From Tubulanus polymorphus (Eukaryota; Animalia; Nemertea): a stretch of DNA of 64,000 bases. The translations under genes and the position numbers were made by a program. Below the pieces are notes generated by a model. It made no database searches. It was not told the origin of the DNA and saw nothing but the letters and a program-made list of their open reading frames with translations. The stretch spans positions 19,368,560 to 19,432,559 of the forward strand of contig NC_134027.1 in the NCBI RefSeq assembly GCF_964204645.1. The letters are read 5' to 3'. Below are positions 1-12,937 of the stretch, one piece after another (within the stretch, counting starts at the first letter, position 1; each line of letters begins with the position of its first letter).

Positions 1-362
1 GCATTTCAGGTGACTTTTCCTGTTCCTATTTTCCTGGTTGCTACAAGGCCTGGCTATGAGTTATCCAATGAGTGAAGAATTAATTCTATGACCAAAAGCC
101 AACGAACCAGGATATTCTCATAGACACATCAATGAGGGTGAAACTGTTGGTTTCAAAATATCTAATTTCTGGAGTGGAAATATCACACAGCATATGAAAA
201 GGGTTTCCAAGAACTCAGCTTTGCAAAACCATCAGATTCAGCTATGTCAGGAATTTCAGAAAATGTGGAATTTTTAGGTGTTCATATATTTAGTGAATGT
301 CCCGTGGAATGTTGTCTGTAATGTCTGTTGTAGCATGTATTTTTCCTGACACATATTTGTAG

Positions 363-570
363 TAATGGCTGCTGGATGTCACCATCATGAGCACGTTATT
401 CGTGGCCCTGTTTCTTGTATCAAGAATATGACACGATATATGTACGCTTGGAACGAAACACTATACTTAGAACAAAATGCAACAACTCCATATGAAAATG
501 GGCCATATTTAACGCCGCTGTTTGACGACACCAGTCCTCCGAATGACCGGGCCGGTAATAAAACAGCTAG
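363..570 (+). CDS. CACNA2D: Voltage-gated Ca2+ channel alpha-2/delta-like gene, alternative exon A (phase 1 in, phase 2 out)
   Basis: Acceptor tttgtag at 356-362, donor gtaatg at 571. Open frame MAAGCHHHEH...SCIKNMTRY...KTA; splices in frame to 2517 or 3237. Assignment rests on position and phase; similarity to delta is weak. Confidence 0.55.
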
Positions 571-1604
571 GTAATGCTTTCAGTACTGGATGTTACTGAC
601 AGGTGGTGGTATAGGTGGCAGGTTTTTGTATTTGTCGAATTGGGTCAAAATATGGAGCTGTATACACCTTCCCTTTGATGATTTTGGGCAATCGTAACTG
701 ATTAGATGAATGTCAATAACATACCTAATCAATATAATTTTGCCGCATCTATAACTATGGTTACCCTAGTGCCTATGTGGTTGCACAGTCATGACTTAAG
801 AGCCGGCTTATAAACTCCCACTAGATTTAGCCAAAAGATTTAATATTGTGAAAAACTGGCTACTGGATGAAGTCATGGCTGAAATCATCAGTTTTCAAAT
901 CATCTGGTTATTGTTGTCAGTTTTTTTCAAATAATTTCGAATAAAAGGTTAAATCTGGAGGTTTCTTCACACTTCCATGCTAGTTGTTGTTTTTTGTTGT
1001 ATTCGGCGTTTACGTATTTGTTGAAAATCTTGCACTATTCTAAGTAATGAATTAATCATTAAATTTCACTTCAGGCTCCACGGTTTCATAAAGAGCACTT
1101 GCTATAGTTTATGGTTAACCTTTGTTGAAATGTGAGATATCCCAAGATAGAATATCTTAAGTGACCTTTGTGAAACCTGAATTGCTGGTGTTGGTTAATG
1201 GTTACTTTTCTTTCATTAATTGGTGATCTGTACTGGTTCATAATGGAAAAGATATAATGTGATCATTGATTGGTTTCAAGGTTTTGATTATTATGAAGAT
1301 TATTGTCTTAATATTTCTGGCACTCGATATAAGATAGTGTGAATTGACTTAAGTTTTGGTTAAACCTTGACTTGAATGTTAATATTGGTGGCTTAAGGTG
1401 ACCCCATAAAAACATTCGGAATAAAAAAAAATGAAATCACTGATGGAAAATGTTGATTCACGAATCAATTGATCATTCAAATCAAATTGATTGACCAATA
1501 CATCAATGAAATTGATGTGTTTTTGGCATCTGAAAATTATGAACTTTGTACAGTAGTTTGTGGAATATGGGATGTTTTATTTGTGGTTTTTCTCAAATTT
1601 AAAG

Positions 1605-1821
1605 GTGGTGACTTTTATGAACCGAATGATACTGGGTTAGATTATGAGGAAGAACAGTCAAGATTCTGGTCGAATTACCAAGAGCAACCAAATCCGCCAA
1701 AATTGATTGGCAGCAAACCATGCACTACGACCATAGATTTAGTGAAAATAAATAATAGTAAAAAATTCAAAAAGCAAACACAAGAAGGTTACATCATGGA
1801 TTGCCGAGAACGGTGTGATAA
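1605..1821 (+). CDS. CACNA2D: alpha-2/delta-like gene, alternative exon B (start of delta region; phase 1 in, phase 2 out)
   Basis: Acceptor tttaaag ends 1604, donor gtacgt at 1822. Encodes KPCTT...GYIMDCRERCDK, matching the PC...G..C..C.K pattern of delta subunits; joins 3237 in frame as K-SWISHRVP. Confidence 0.8.
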
Positions 1822-2516
1822 GTACGTAAAGAATGGTTGATACTCAGATCCTGATAAATCTCTAAAAAGATTTCATTTCGTTGAAAATATCATTTAACAA
1901 CACCTCTTAGTATAATTCTATGCACCGCTAAATTATAATTTGAAAATGATTGCCTCTACATATATATTGATAACTATCCAGAATCTTGTGTTGAGATTTT
2001 TGCTTTCATTGCTGCTTGAATATCTGGGTGGCTTTAGATTATAATGATAGGTTTTAACAGTTGTGTGAGAACTTGGTCTTGCGAAATGAAAAATGAAATT
2101 ATATTGTTTTGAAATATTGTGACTACATTTTCAAAACTATCTTTTAAAAAAGCCTATTATGAAAATGGCTTTTAGAGTTGAGTTGTAATGCCACTACCAG
2201 TTCTTATGATCAGAGAACCATAAAGACGTTGCATCTAGTAAAAAGTCTTGGTAGTACTGTACTACCATGCATGGCGTTCCATAAAAAATGCCCGCAACGG
2301 GTAATTTGCCCGTATTCATGTTATGGAAACCAATTTGCTTTATAATTCAATATCATCACAATACCAAGATTTCCCCTGTGAATCACACATGAAACATTGA
2401 AAGTGTCAAACATTTAGACAAAGTTCATAGACAACTGTTTTGAGATCTGTCTTAATGAATGCTATACCTGTATGATGCTTTGAGCTGATGGAATTTCTCC
2501 TTAAATTTTTTCACAG

Positions 2517-2618
2517 TTGCTCAGCTGCTCATGAGCCTTCTTACTCTGAAATAAATAGCGATGGTGACCGCACAATTGATAATAACTTTACATATAAAGA
2601 TGTGCCCGATGATGATAA
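2517..2618 (+). CDS. CACNA2D: alpha-2/delta-like gene, 102-nt symmetric (phase 2-2) cassette exon C
   Basis: Acceptor tttttcacag, donor gtatct at 2619; open frame CSAAHEPSY...VPDDDK; length divisible by 3. Confidence 0.55.
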
Positions 2619-3236
2619 GTATCTAATTGTTGTATCCATGTTACATGCACATGTATGGGCCTGGCCATATCGTACTCGTACATGTTCAAAGACAAAATAT
2701 TCACATGCAAAAACTGCTTGGGATTGTTTAGATTTTAATAGTCATTTACACATTAAAAGGATCAAATTCAGAATTCAAGAATTACTCTTTATCTAATGGA
2801 AGTAGATAAAATGCTTGAAATCAGTTTTATTATGAATAACAAACAAAGCATAACAGGATTCCTTATGCATTCTGATTTCTTGATGAACAGTTGTGATTCG
2901 TGACGTCAACGGATCTGCTCAACTGCGCGGTTTCACCGTGAAAAAATAGCTTACCTTGGGGAGCCACTTCTGATTAATTGTATTATCTCTTTTATACTAT
3001 TTATCACTTCTAAATTGGCATTATCTAATGGCATTATATCATGATTACATTCAGCTTTTATCATTGAGTAAGCTTGTATCATTTAAAAATCATTTGAAAT
3101 AATCATGGGATTGAAACCAAATTGAAATCCCTTAAGGATTGAATCAAATTTAGCACCTACTATGCTATTTGTTTGGTTCTGATGTATTTGTCTAACAATT
3201 GTGTTTTTTGTTTGTTTATTTACATTTTTGTAATAG

Positions 3237-3349
3237 GTCATGGATTTCGCACAGAGTGCCAAACACGAATCTTCTTTTAGTTGTGGTGGATGCAGTATGT
3301 ACAGAATGTGCTATAGTCCAATTTAGTTTAGAACCAGAAGAAATGAAAA
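3237..3349 (+). CDS. CACNA2D: alpha-2/delta-like gene, exon D
   Basis: Encodes SWISHRVPNTNLLLVVVDAVCTEC...EPEEMK, the characteristic delta motif (IP.SNL..VVVD..C.C); acceptor taatag; ends at a U12 donor. Confidence 0.9.
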
Positions 3350-4951
3350 ATATCCTTTTATTAAGTGATACAAATCTAATTTATGTGTTTAATTTGATCA
3401 TTATGGTTAGAAATTCACATTTCATCTCACTATCATAAAAACCCAGCTTTTTCGAACTCCCTCTTAAGGTCCCCTCTCAAAATAGAATTTTTTTTTATAT
3501 GACATAATTCAATTCCAGAATGCAGGGAAACACTCTTAAAGCATCTCAATTTTCAAAATCTATCACATGAGTTTAAAAGACAAATTTGCCTAGGGTAATT
3601 AGACCAGGAGCCCTGGGCATGAGGTAGCTGGGAAGGTTACCAATTTCAAATATACAATGGTCTATATGGTATGGATCATGGAAACCCGTTTATTGGGAAA
3701 CTTGATAAAAACAGATACATTTATGGTCCCTTACAGGCGGATCCAGGGTCATCGTCTGGGGGTGAGCACAAGTGGAATGATGATTTTTCATAGACAAATT
3801 TTCGCCAAGTACGGCCGTCAAAGGGGGGTTTGGGGGCCGTTCCCAAGAAAATCTTGAATTTTTGAAGCATTTTGTGAGCCGTATGTCAACTTTTTCATCT
3901 GCCTGCAAGTCGCCAATATCCTAGCATTTCATGACACTTAATACCACTATTGAAGCTGGAAGAAAAAATTGATATATTCTCCCAACAAAGCTCGATGTAT
4001 ATACGCAGTAGGCCCCATTGCTTTATGGCGAATAGACTGCTTCTGACATCGTTATTTGAAATTTGTAAGATTTAATGTGTTTGAAATTTTCATGAAATAA
4101 CTAACAGTTTTCATTGTCTCCTAATTGATGAGGTTCACAGAATAATCCAATGTCGCACGCTTCATCGGATGATAACTCACATATTCGAATTTTTCGTGGT
4201 GATCATCTTGTGAAGACTCGGTTGATGGAGGACGTTCATCAGTAGACGGAGTCTTTTTAGAATATGTGGTGGTCATTGTCGAGTTGGTGCGCCAAATACA
4301 AACTGTATCTGACATTCTAAGATGTTGTAAAAAATCCGTGTAAACGAATACTACTAAAACTGTCGTGGTCGAAAGGTTACATAATTGGTGGGTATCAAGT
4401 ATTTACATGTGTGCAATGCATATGCTAATGCATAAACACCCTGGGGCTCTTCGATAAACTCTAGTTTCCAAGGTTAACAAGCCGAATATATATTTTTTAA
4501 ACATTTCTAGTGGAAAGGTTTATCCAGATTTTTCATCTGTGACTTTTAGGGGGTGAGCACCGATCCCCTGGATCGGCCATTGCCTTAATTGAACGGATCT
4601 CATCTATGAATTCAAAATAACACGAACTCTGTCCAAAGCCCAACTCTGTGCATGCTTTTGATGCACTAATGGCAGGTGGCTAAGCCCTAACTTAATCCAT
4701 GTCCAACCACTTGGAATAGTCTACAAATGCCAGTTTTGTGAATTTGATTCCCTATTGATCAACCCATGGGCACCACCCATTGTTAAGTGGCTTCATATAT
4801 GTCGTAATGAAAACTATATTTCCTAGTAGCTACTAAAGTTCTGTGAGAATTATAGTCATTCTTAGCATTCTAGTCATTATTAGGCAGACAGCGAAAACCA
4901 TTTCAGCTAGCAAACAGGTGGAATTTTGTTAACTCCTTAATTGATCATTAC
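3350..4951 (+). other. U12-type (minor spliceosome) AT-AC intron
   Basis: 5' ATATCCTTT at 3350, branch-site TCCTTAAT at 4934-4941, terminal AC at 4950-4951; excision gives in-frame EEMK-I-VNATAC. Confidence 0.9.
3734..4582. mobile_element. Non-autonomous hAT-like TIR element inside the U12 intron
   Basis: Ends caggcggatccaggg / ccctggatcggccattg. Similar ends recur near 15660, 16175, 41504-41763, 46653 and 50259. Confidence 0.55.
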
Positions 4952-5037
4952 TAGTAAATGCTACTGCTTGTGACACATTACAAGAGAATTTATTAACCAA
5001 AAAAACCAGTGCAATATGCCACGCATCTCATGATAAT
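4952..5037 (+). CDS. CACNA2D: alpha-2/delta-like gene, exon E
   Basis: Encodes IVNATACDTLQENLLTKKTSAICHASHDN (compare C..L......CH..H.EE of delta subunits); donor gtaagt at 5038. Confidence 0.88.
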
Positions 5038-5195
5038 GTAAGTGTTTTTAAGACAAAAGTTTTCTTGAATTCTATTATTCTGTTATTTCCTTAAGATTTG
5101 TTCATTTTACAGAAACTTTCGAGCTAGATGTGCACTCGAACTAACCTTATGCCACACAATTCATTTTTGACTAATTCTTGTTTTCTATTTTGTAG

Positions 5196-5291
5196 GAGGC
5201 CCAAGCGCCATGCAGTATGAGCAGCCATTTGTCAGCTGCTGCAGCCGTTTTTTATTTATCAATCGCCGTTGCCTTGGTGTCCATTCACTGA
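5196..5291 (+). CDS. CACNA2D: alpha-2/delta-like gene, terminal coding exon with GPI-anchor-type signal
   Basis: Acceptor ttttgtag; EAQAPCSMSSHLSAAAAVFYLSIAVALVSIH-stop (TGA 5289-5291): small residues then a hydrophobic tail with no cytoplasmic domain. Confidence 0.88.
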   Translation, partial: EAQAPCSMSSHLSAAAAVFYLSIAVALVSIH

Positions 5292-8200
5292 TATCTAATT
5301 TCTACGAACAATGTCTAATTCTATAGTATTATCTATCATGTTATTTTGATCAACTATGCAGGGTATAAATTATCATAACTTGACCTCAAAATTTAGACAT
5401 GAGCTGCGTTAGATGCGACATGAGCTAATACAATTTACAGTTTTACGGATAGAGATGTTTTGAAAATGCGTTGTCGATGCTATGTTATGATTCCAATGAG
5501 GATAAAAATGCTTCCTGCTCAACTTGATCGAGATAAAATCTGGTGTGAAGTGCTGGACTGTGATCGGTTCAATGTATTATCTATTTTTATTGAAAAAGAA
5601 ACTTTGCATCAATAGAAATGGTAGTTAGTTACCAGTTCTAGTTGTTCGTGACTGGATTCAGTCTTGTACTCAGATGTGTGTCAGAGTGTGTGTCAAAGGT
5701 ATCCCTAGGGACAAATGCTTGGACAAGGATGACCACCTAAGCAACAATGTGAAACCATGAACATTTGCAGTTTTCCCTGAGGTCAAAGTTTCACCCATGT
5801 CTATGAAACTGGCCCCCTTACTGTGAACTGGCTTCTGAAGATATATTGTGCTACTCGACAAAAGCTTAAGATCAGTGCCTCTGAAAATGTAACCTGTTGT
5901 ATATTGTGATTGAAGAAAAAAATTTTTGTATGTTACTATGTACTGTAGTCAACATGATAGATCATTATTTTCGAAAAATGTATATTTTGTTTTCATAGAA
6001 TGATTTGTTTAAGTTGGATGTTAATGGTAGGTTGGATAAATCAAATGTTTGGCCCGCCTCAGATTGTATGATATATCTGCTGTCAATATCGCCTACATCA
6101 GTGATTTAGAAATTTTGGTGGAATCGGGGGTTCATCTTGACTAGTTCAAGAAAAACCTGGCACTATAGCAGGGATGGAGATATGTCAGGGTTGACTGACT
6201 ACACCGGTGATTTGCAGTGAATATATCATCTGCATCATTTTTTGCTGGCCCTAGTGAAACTACTATATCTGTACTGTACTTTGCTGTACCATTATTAAGT
6301 TGGTTGAAAGGTGATCATCTGACGAATCGAGATCATCGCTTCTGAAATCGAGCAAGAGTTTAACACACATTTGTATGTAAATACCTCAATATTTTCTATA
6401 TAAATCACTGCTGTATATTCATTGTTTCACGTCCTGATTTCATGTTCGTTTCACACTCATGCATGATCATCTTGGTACACAGTGAGAGAAACATTTTCCT
6501 GAGTTGGAATTTTTTCCGGTTGAGGGAATGTAAAAGTTGTAGTCATGTCATTATCTCGGAGTGCTTTTTGTAGGGAGTTCTCTTCCTGTGTTATCATAGC
6601 TTCCGAAGCTTGTTATGAAAAGAATCAAAATATGAACTTAAGTGACTTGCTGCTGCGCGGCCAAGTCAGTGATTATATGTTAAGTTTAAGAAATTAATCA
6701 AAATGAATAGAATCTCAGAAGAATGTGAACTCTGTAAAGAAAACTTTTTATGTATTGTGATTTAGGAAAATCTTCTACAATGCTATTATAGCGTTCAAAA
6801 TGAGCTGGCAGCCAAGGCTTACACCACGGGGAACCACGACACCAGCTATCCCACCAGATGCCGTGATGTGCACTCAGTCTTACGTTATCTAAAGCAGTTC
6901 ATTTTCTATGAACTTTGAACTCAATTTTTAGTCTCCCGAATGCATATATTATCACAGGACATACCAATTATACAATGAATTCGTTGTAGTTTTGATTAAT
7001 TATTGACTTATTTACGAAAAAGTTCATTCAGTTTTCATCGAAATATAGAAGAAATCGAACACGGAAGACAGTAACTATTAGCAAACCTGTTGCGTCCTTG
7101 CCTGCCACAAGTGGATTCCTCGATAGCCACGGGAGGTCGTAGGTTCCCCATAATAAGTACATTTGTATTTGTATGATCAAAATGATTTCATGGCTGTGCT
7201 GCCAACTGGATATTTAGCTTTCGGTGTAAATACATGTAGGCATTGCTGGACATCAGAGCTAGCGTTTTCAAAAGGTTGTGAAAAATCTAATATTAATCAG
7301 CATGGTCTTTTTTTCAAATTATAGGTTCTTCCCCTGGCTAGTCAAAGTTAGCAATGAGTGAGAAGACGGAGTTGCTTGTGAAAGTACAAAGTTCTAATAT
7401 TGTAAAGTTCATTTTATTGTATATAGTAACATGTATATTAATCCCACCTTGAACTTATGATGTAAAATTATAAATATTATTTGGCTTGTTTGTAGCTTCT
7501 CTGAATCAACTTGAATTCTTTCACGGCCAAGATTCAAATGAATTTGTACCACATATGATAAATAGCGTTAATATTCAAACTTATCGTAGCGAAGGTCATT
7601 GATGTACAAATTTATATAGTTGCTTATTTCTGAATGATTTTATTTTTGATGGAAATGGCTTTGTTGCGTTTAGGGATATTTTAAGCAAGAAGCAATGGGT
7701 ATACAGCAATTAACCAGCAGTCAACCATCCAAAGTATTTGATAACTGTAGTAATCCACCTTTGTCCTCTCTAGCACAGTAGATATCAAACAAGAGTGTTG
7801 ATGCTGGCATGTATTATTAGTGTATTATTCTATGTTATTATTTGGCTTATGAATTGTACACAAATTAGACCTGTAAGATTGAGGACAAAAGGGATTTTAA
7901 GAAACATAACCTATAACGAATCTATTTTTGCCTCAATTTCTAAATTTTATTACAACACAAATTCTGATGTTATCTTATAATGAATTTGCTCAACATTGTG
8001 TGTAAATGTTAGTGTGACTCTCAAATATACTTTATAAACTATGTGAATTGAAACTGCATGTTTTTGTGTGCATAAGGGTGTTCATCTTTCATTTACTCAT
8101 GAAAATTGATTTCTTTGACGCTACTCCCTGAAAGGAACATTGAACTATCAGCCCATACTGTTGCTGTAATGTTTCTGAAAGACTGTAGCTTGAATTTAAA

Positions 8201-10400
8201 TGCCGCTGGATTGTTAAAATGTATAGATTCTGCATCGCAGCGAAAATGAACATTGGTTCTGCCAATTTGCTAGCCCATCGTTTACATTCCTATCATTACA
8301 AGATAAAAATAAATCACTGCCTATATGTCAATGTGAATAGAATATTGTTAGCAGTATTGCATGTCACTGCTGATGGTTTTGAATTTGTTTCATTGTAAAA
8401 AGAAGGTTATAATCAGCCAATGATAACATGTTTAGGTAAACGAATTAAATGATAGTATCGAAATTTATATCAGTCACATAGAAGGTTTCCATGTTTGTGT
8501 ATGAAATTGTTTTATAGAATCAAGAAGAAAATTATAAGTTCCAGTTTTAATACTTACTTAACTAGTTACTAATACATGTACTAATTTATGGCCTGGACCC
8601 ACCCTTTCAAGACAATTGATGTATTACAATAGAACTCACTTAATTGGATTATTAGGGACTGCCCAGATTTGTTCCAATTAAAAGTAAAATCCGAATAATG
8701 AACTTAACAGGTTAAGTGGACCAAATATTTTATCCAAATTAGGAGAAAATTTGGGTTGAAAGATCCGAATTAAGCAAGTTCTACATTCATTCTAATTTTT
8801 GATGGTCAAGAGTTGGGGCCTCACCATTTTTGATGCTATTTTGTTGAAATAGATTGTAAATACCAGATACATGTTTTAGTAACTTATCACCACAATATCC
8901 AGAAATGGGCCACTTTACACTACAATGGTGAATTGTAGGGGGTAGTCACAAGCTAAAAGATTAGCCGTGATCACATGGAGACCATTCGATGAGGATCAGG
9001 CTCGAGTAAAACTTGGCCTATTACTTATCAAGAGTTCACACATAAAGCACTCACTCGATACTTTGCTTTGTCGGGGCATTTAGTAAGTTGCTTCCAGAAC
9101 CAGTAGCAATCAACAGCGGTAATTTGACTCATGCTAAAATTTAGCTCAGGCCTCGTCCAAGGTTTTTGGTCGGGCCATAAAGGTACAGGCCCATTTAGCA
9201 CCCATGTGAACTGTTGGCTCGGGCCTACAAGGCCAGGGCAAAAGACGCTAGTGTGATCGCGGCAATTGCTGACTGTATTGGTATTCAGAGACAAATTATA
9301 CGAAAGTTTTTTTTTAACTTGTTCAATCTGAAACAATAGCTGAATAAAATATTTTGTTTCAAAGTTAGACCTCAACAATTTCTTCAATGGTACTTGAAAG
9401 AATGAGATTAGAGTTGTATTTGAAAGTGGGCCCGTGTAGAATGAAATAATTATATTCGGAGAACTTGCTTAATCCGGGTCATTTGGAAGCAGTGGAATCC
9501 ATCCAGTTTACTAGAAATCTGGATTTATGATAAAATTTCACATGATGTTATGTTGGCCAACTAAATTACCGGTATGTCATAATCTGGCGGGGAATTAAGC
9601 AGAGTTTTTAGACTTTATACTGTGCATGGATTGTAACTTTACCAACCATTTATGTGATGCTTATAAAAGCAATTCTAAATGGTAGCCTAATCTCCATGTA
9701 TATTCAACATGTGGCTCATGCCCAAGATACCAAGAGATCCAATTACCGGTAGTACTGTATGGCATCTCGAGCATCATGTGCAGGGAAAATCATGAACCAT
9801 GTTTCTTCTAGTGAGTGGTGGGATAGGATCAGGAGAACCATTCATGATTTCTGTGATGGGGGATTATATACAAGGATTTATATCGTTACGAGGGGTACAA
9901 AATCACATTTTCCTATCTCGAGACAGGGTCTGGAAATTTTGGCACCCTTCAACATTCTGTCAACAAATCATAAGGCTTGCATTTTCCACCAACATCCGAG
10001 TATAAAATTCTCTTGGAAAGGTTTAAACTGCCTACTTTTCCATACATCTGTTTTCTGGGAGGGGGAGGTCTAGAAACTGTCTGGTTATGGTGCTGTGGAT
10101 ATCAGTTTCCAGCTATGGTACATTATTTCAAAAAAGCAGAATAGTACTCAAATAATTGCCTCCAAGGCATGTCACTCATTCTTTATGTGCCTGACCTTTT
10201 ACCTTATCTATAGTAACTGCTATCACTATATTCCTTGTAGTTTTAAAATCTCTATATGGTCGTCAATTCATCTTCTAGATCAAGTTATACATTAATATTT
10301 AATATATAATCTTTGAAGAATGTTGCTCTGTTTTGGCGTGAATGCGAATGTTTGTTTTCAAAATCCAAATTTGTTTCTATTTATAAAAACGTAATAAAAT
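5292..10400 (+). other. Putative long 3' UTR of the alpha-2/delta gene
   Basis: Non-coding, U-rich and poor in transposons up to about 8600; candidate AATAAA at 8308-8313 and 10393-10398. True end not determinable. Confidence 0.35.
8626..8786. mobile_element. Tc1/mariner-like MITE (family also at about 9455-9615, 33268-33350, 41492-41830)
   Basis: Degenerate inverted ends caatagaactcacttaattggat / atccgaattaagcaagttctac, repeated several times in the window. Confidence 0.5.
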
Positions 10401-11621
10401 ATTTATATTTTAACCAAACACAAGGAAATTCGTTGGTTCACTTTTACGGCATAAAAGGTAATATTTGTTTAATTCTTGGCCAACACATTGATTTGCTGCG
10501 TTCGATTACCCGATGATCTGCGATTAATCTTGGAGTAATCGTCCAATGATTGGTACTCAAAGGATTGATGTACTCACTTTCATTGATGCATACAAAATAT
10601 CGGTTGGTAAACAAAATACATTGATTATGGACCCAGTTCCACAGTATATGAGTTGAGATTTGACTCGCTGATAAGAAACTAATTTAAACGCTCACCTTAC
10701 TCACAACTGCAGAACTCATTGGCTGATCCAGCATACCTTCCATGTCATCTGGAAGGCAATATAAATTTCCAAAATGGCCTTTAAAAATCGGAAGTGGTAG
10801 ATTTTGATGAAAAAAATCTTTCTCTTAAGAAGATTGAAGACAGATAAAACGGCGCACCATATCCAGTTAAAAAGGCACAAATTAAAAAGAACACTTTTTT
10901 TCTGGGCTGATACTGTGACAAGATTTTTAATAAATTGCCCATGGGCAAAGTGTGGGTTACCTTGAAAGCTAGAGGTTGTTTGGAGTAAGGGCATTGCTTG
11001 AAAATTATTAATTCGTGACTTCAAAGTTCTAGAAGTTTATAATGTATTTTATCTTTCTTACAGTATTATTTTGTAGTCAAATAAGACCAAAGATAAACAT
11101 TTGTTTATGGTCTACGTCCAAAATTTCGTAGGGTACAGGCAGGCGCGGCAGGGAAACTATTTTATATTTTCAAAAGAATATTTTTTCACAGTATGAAAAA
11201 ATATTCAAATAAAATTTATATGATGTCACATATCAGAGGGTGGCTGAATATTGAGTCTTGGGAACGAAACCTCTTCCAATGTATGGCCGCGGAAGCTAGA
11301 ACACCGGGGCAGTATTATATCGTTTTAAAACCTGGAATTTACCACTACAATATTCAGACCTCGAACTATACCTATAGTTTGCTGCTTAGTATTTTCAGGT
11401 CACAAGAAATTACAATTTATTACAAATTCTATCAAACAGAAAACACAGCGCTCATCTTCTGCCACGACGATTTTTCAGCCTGTTATCATATCATTATGGG
11501 CGCATTGATGTCATTTTCACGAACACAGGAAGTTTGTCTTTTTGGCGGGGATGGCCGCCCATATACCAAACGTGCACGAGCCAAGCAGCGCTACAGCATC
11601 ACCATTATAGTAGTCTGTATG

Positions 11622-12937
11622 TTCCTAAATCGTGTATTGTTGAATTTAACAAAGCAGGTAAATTAGACTGCACAAATAGCTACATTTTTAACGATGATGT
11701 TATAGATTGTGTTAAAAGTTGCAACTATCTGGGTTTCAACATCCATTGTAATGGCAAATTCAATCTGCTACAAGACTCACTGTTGAGTAAGGGTTTAAGA
11801 GGGCTTTTCAATCTAACTAAAATGCCTGGTTTCAAGGATTTATGTATTCTACAACAACTACAGCTTTTTAACAGTTTACTCAAACTGATAGTTATGTATG
11901 GTAGTGAAGTTTGGGGAGTTGTGCCCTATATGTCATTTCTAAAGAAACCAAATGGGTCACTCACGGATATGGGTTTACCATATAACAAATGGGTAGTGCA
12001 AAAGCTGCAGTCAAGATTTTTTAGGTTCATAATGGGTCTTCATTCTAAGGCTCCAATTTTACCTATTCTTGGTGATTTGGGAGAGGTTCCACTTTATATT
12101 GAGATTACTATGTCAGCTTTGAAGTACTGGAGGTCAGTTATGTCGTCGGGTAATAGCAAATCATTGATCTACTTGTCTTTTCTAGAACAATATGAAGATG
12201 ACAGGGAGGGCAAATTCAATTATATATCTACCGTTAAATCAATTCTATCAAATTTAGGGTACTCAAATGTTTGGAACAACTTGGGGCATTATTCGAATAG
12301 CATTATTCTGGGTATTAGAAAGCGTCTGTCAGCTATCTTTGTGGATCTCTGGCATAAGGACATAAGATCAAGTGATCATTCCCGTTATAATTTTTATAAA
12401 GCAGTTAAAGTAAGTTTTAAGTTAGAAAAATATTTATTAGTGCTAAAAGATTATAACCTCAGAAATGCTGTTGCTAAATTACGGACGTCTACTCACAGCT
12501 TAATTATTGAAAAAGGTAGACACCGCAGTATAGAAAAGGAAAATCGTTTGTGCAATATTTGTAATGTGTTGGACGATGAATGTCACTTTTTGTTCCATTG
12601 TAAAAGAGTTGCCAATCTGAGAAAGGAATTAAATATAGCTATCTTAGACGTTAATAGTTTAATCTCCACTTTCGACAACCTAAACCCTACAACCAGCATT
12701 GTTCAGCTAGCCAAATTTATTAAACTCGGTCTGCCATTGTCCTAATATTTCTTCGATTAATGTTCTGTATATTTTCAATTATGTTTTAACTCATCTGTAA
12801 TTAGTGTTAATTATGCTTCATTTTATTATTGGTTTATCTCCTATTATGTATATACTTGATTTTACCGAATTTGTATCAGTTGCAAACAATGTTTCATTAA
12901 TGTTTATGCTGAATAAAGATTGAATTGAATTGAATTG
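11622..12937 (+). mobile_element. 5'-truncated non-LTR retrotransposon (RTEX-like, divergent family), ORF2 3' part
   Basis: ORF 11534-12745 has YLG, MYGSEVWG and C-terminal C..C...DDECHFLFHC; AATAAA then (TGAAT)n tail at 12912-12937; possible TSD tgtatg. Confidence 0.85.

Noticed and set aside
10-75. Possible exon after catttcag at the window start
   Set aside because: All three frames stop by position 75 with no convincing donor or recognisable homology; upstream context is missing.
365-574. His-rich ORF as a copper monooxygenase (DBH/MOXD-like) exon
   Set aside because: Downstream exons clearly match alpha-2/delta and no monooxygenase motifs follow.
2496-2516. U12-like branch site (TCCTTAAA) before cassette exon C
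   Set aside because: The upstream donors (gtaatg, gtacgt) are U2-type and I saw no U12 donor; likely part of the pyrimidine tract.
11193-11666. 157-aa ORF as LINE ORF1 or a host gene
   Set aside because: It lies upstream of the LINE truncation point and has no recognisable motif or exon structure.
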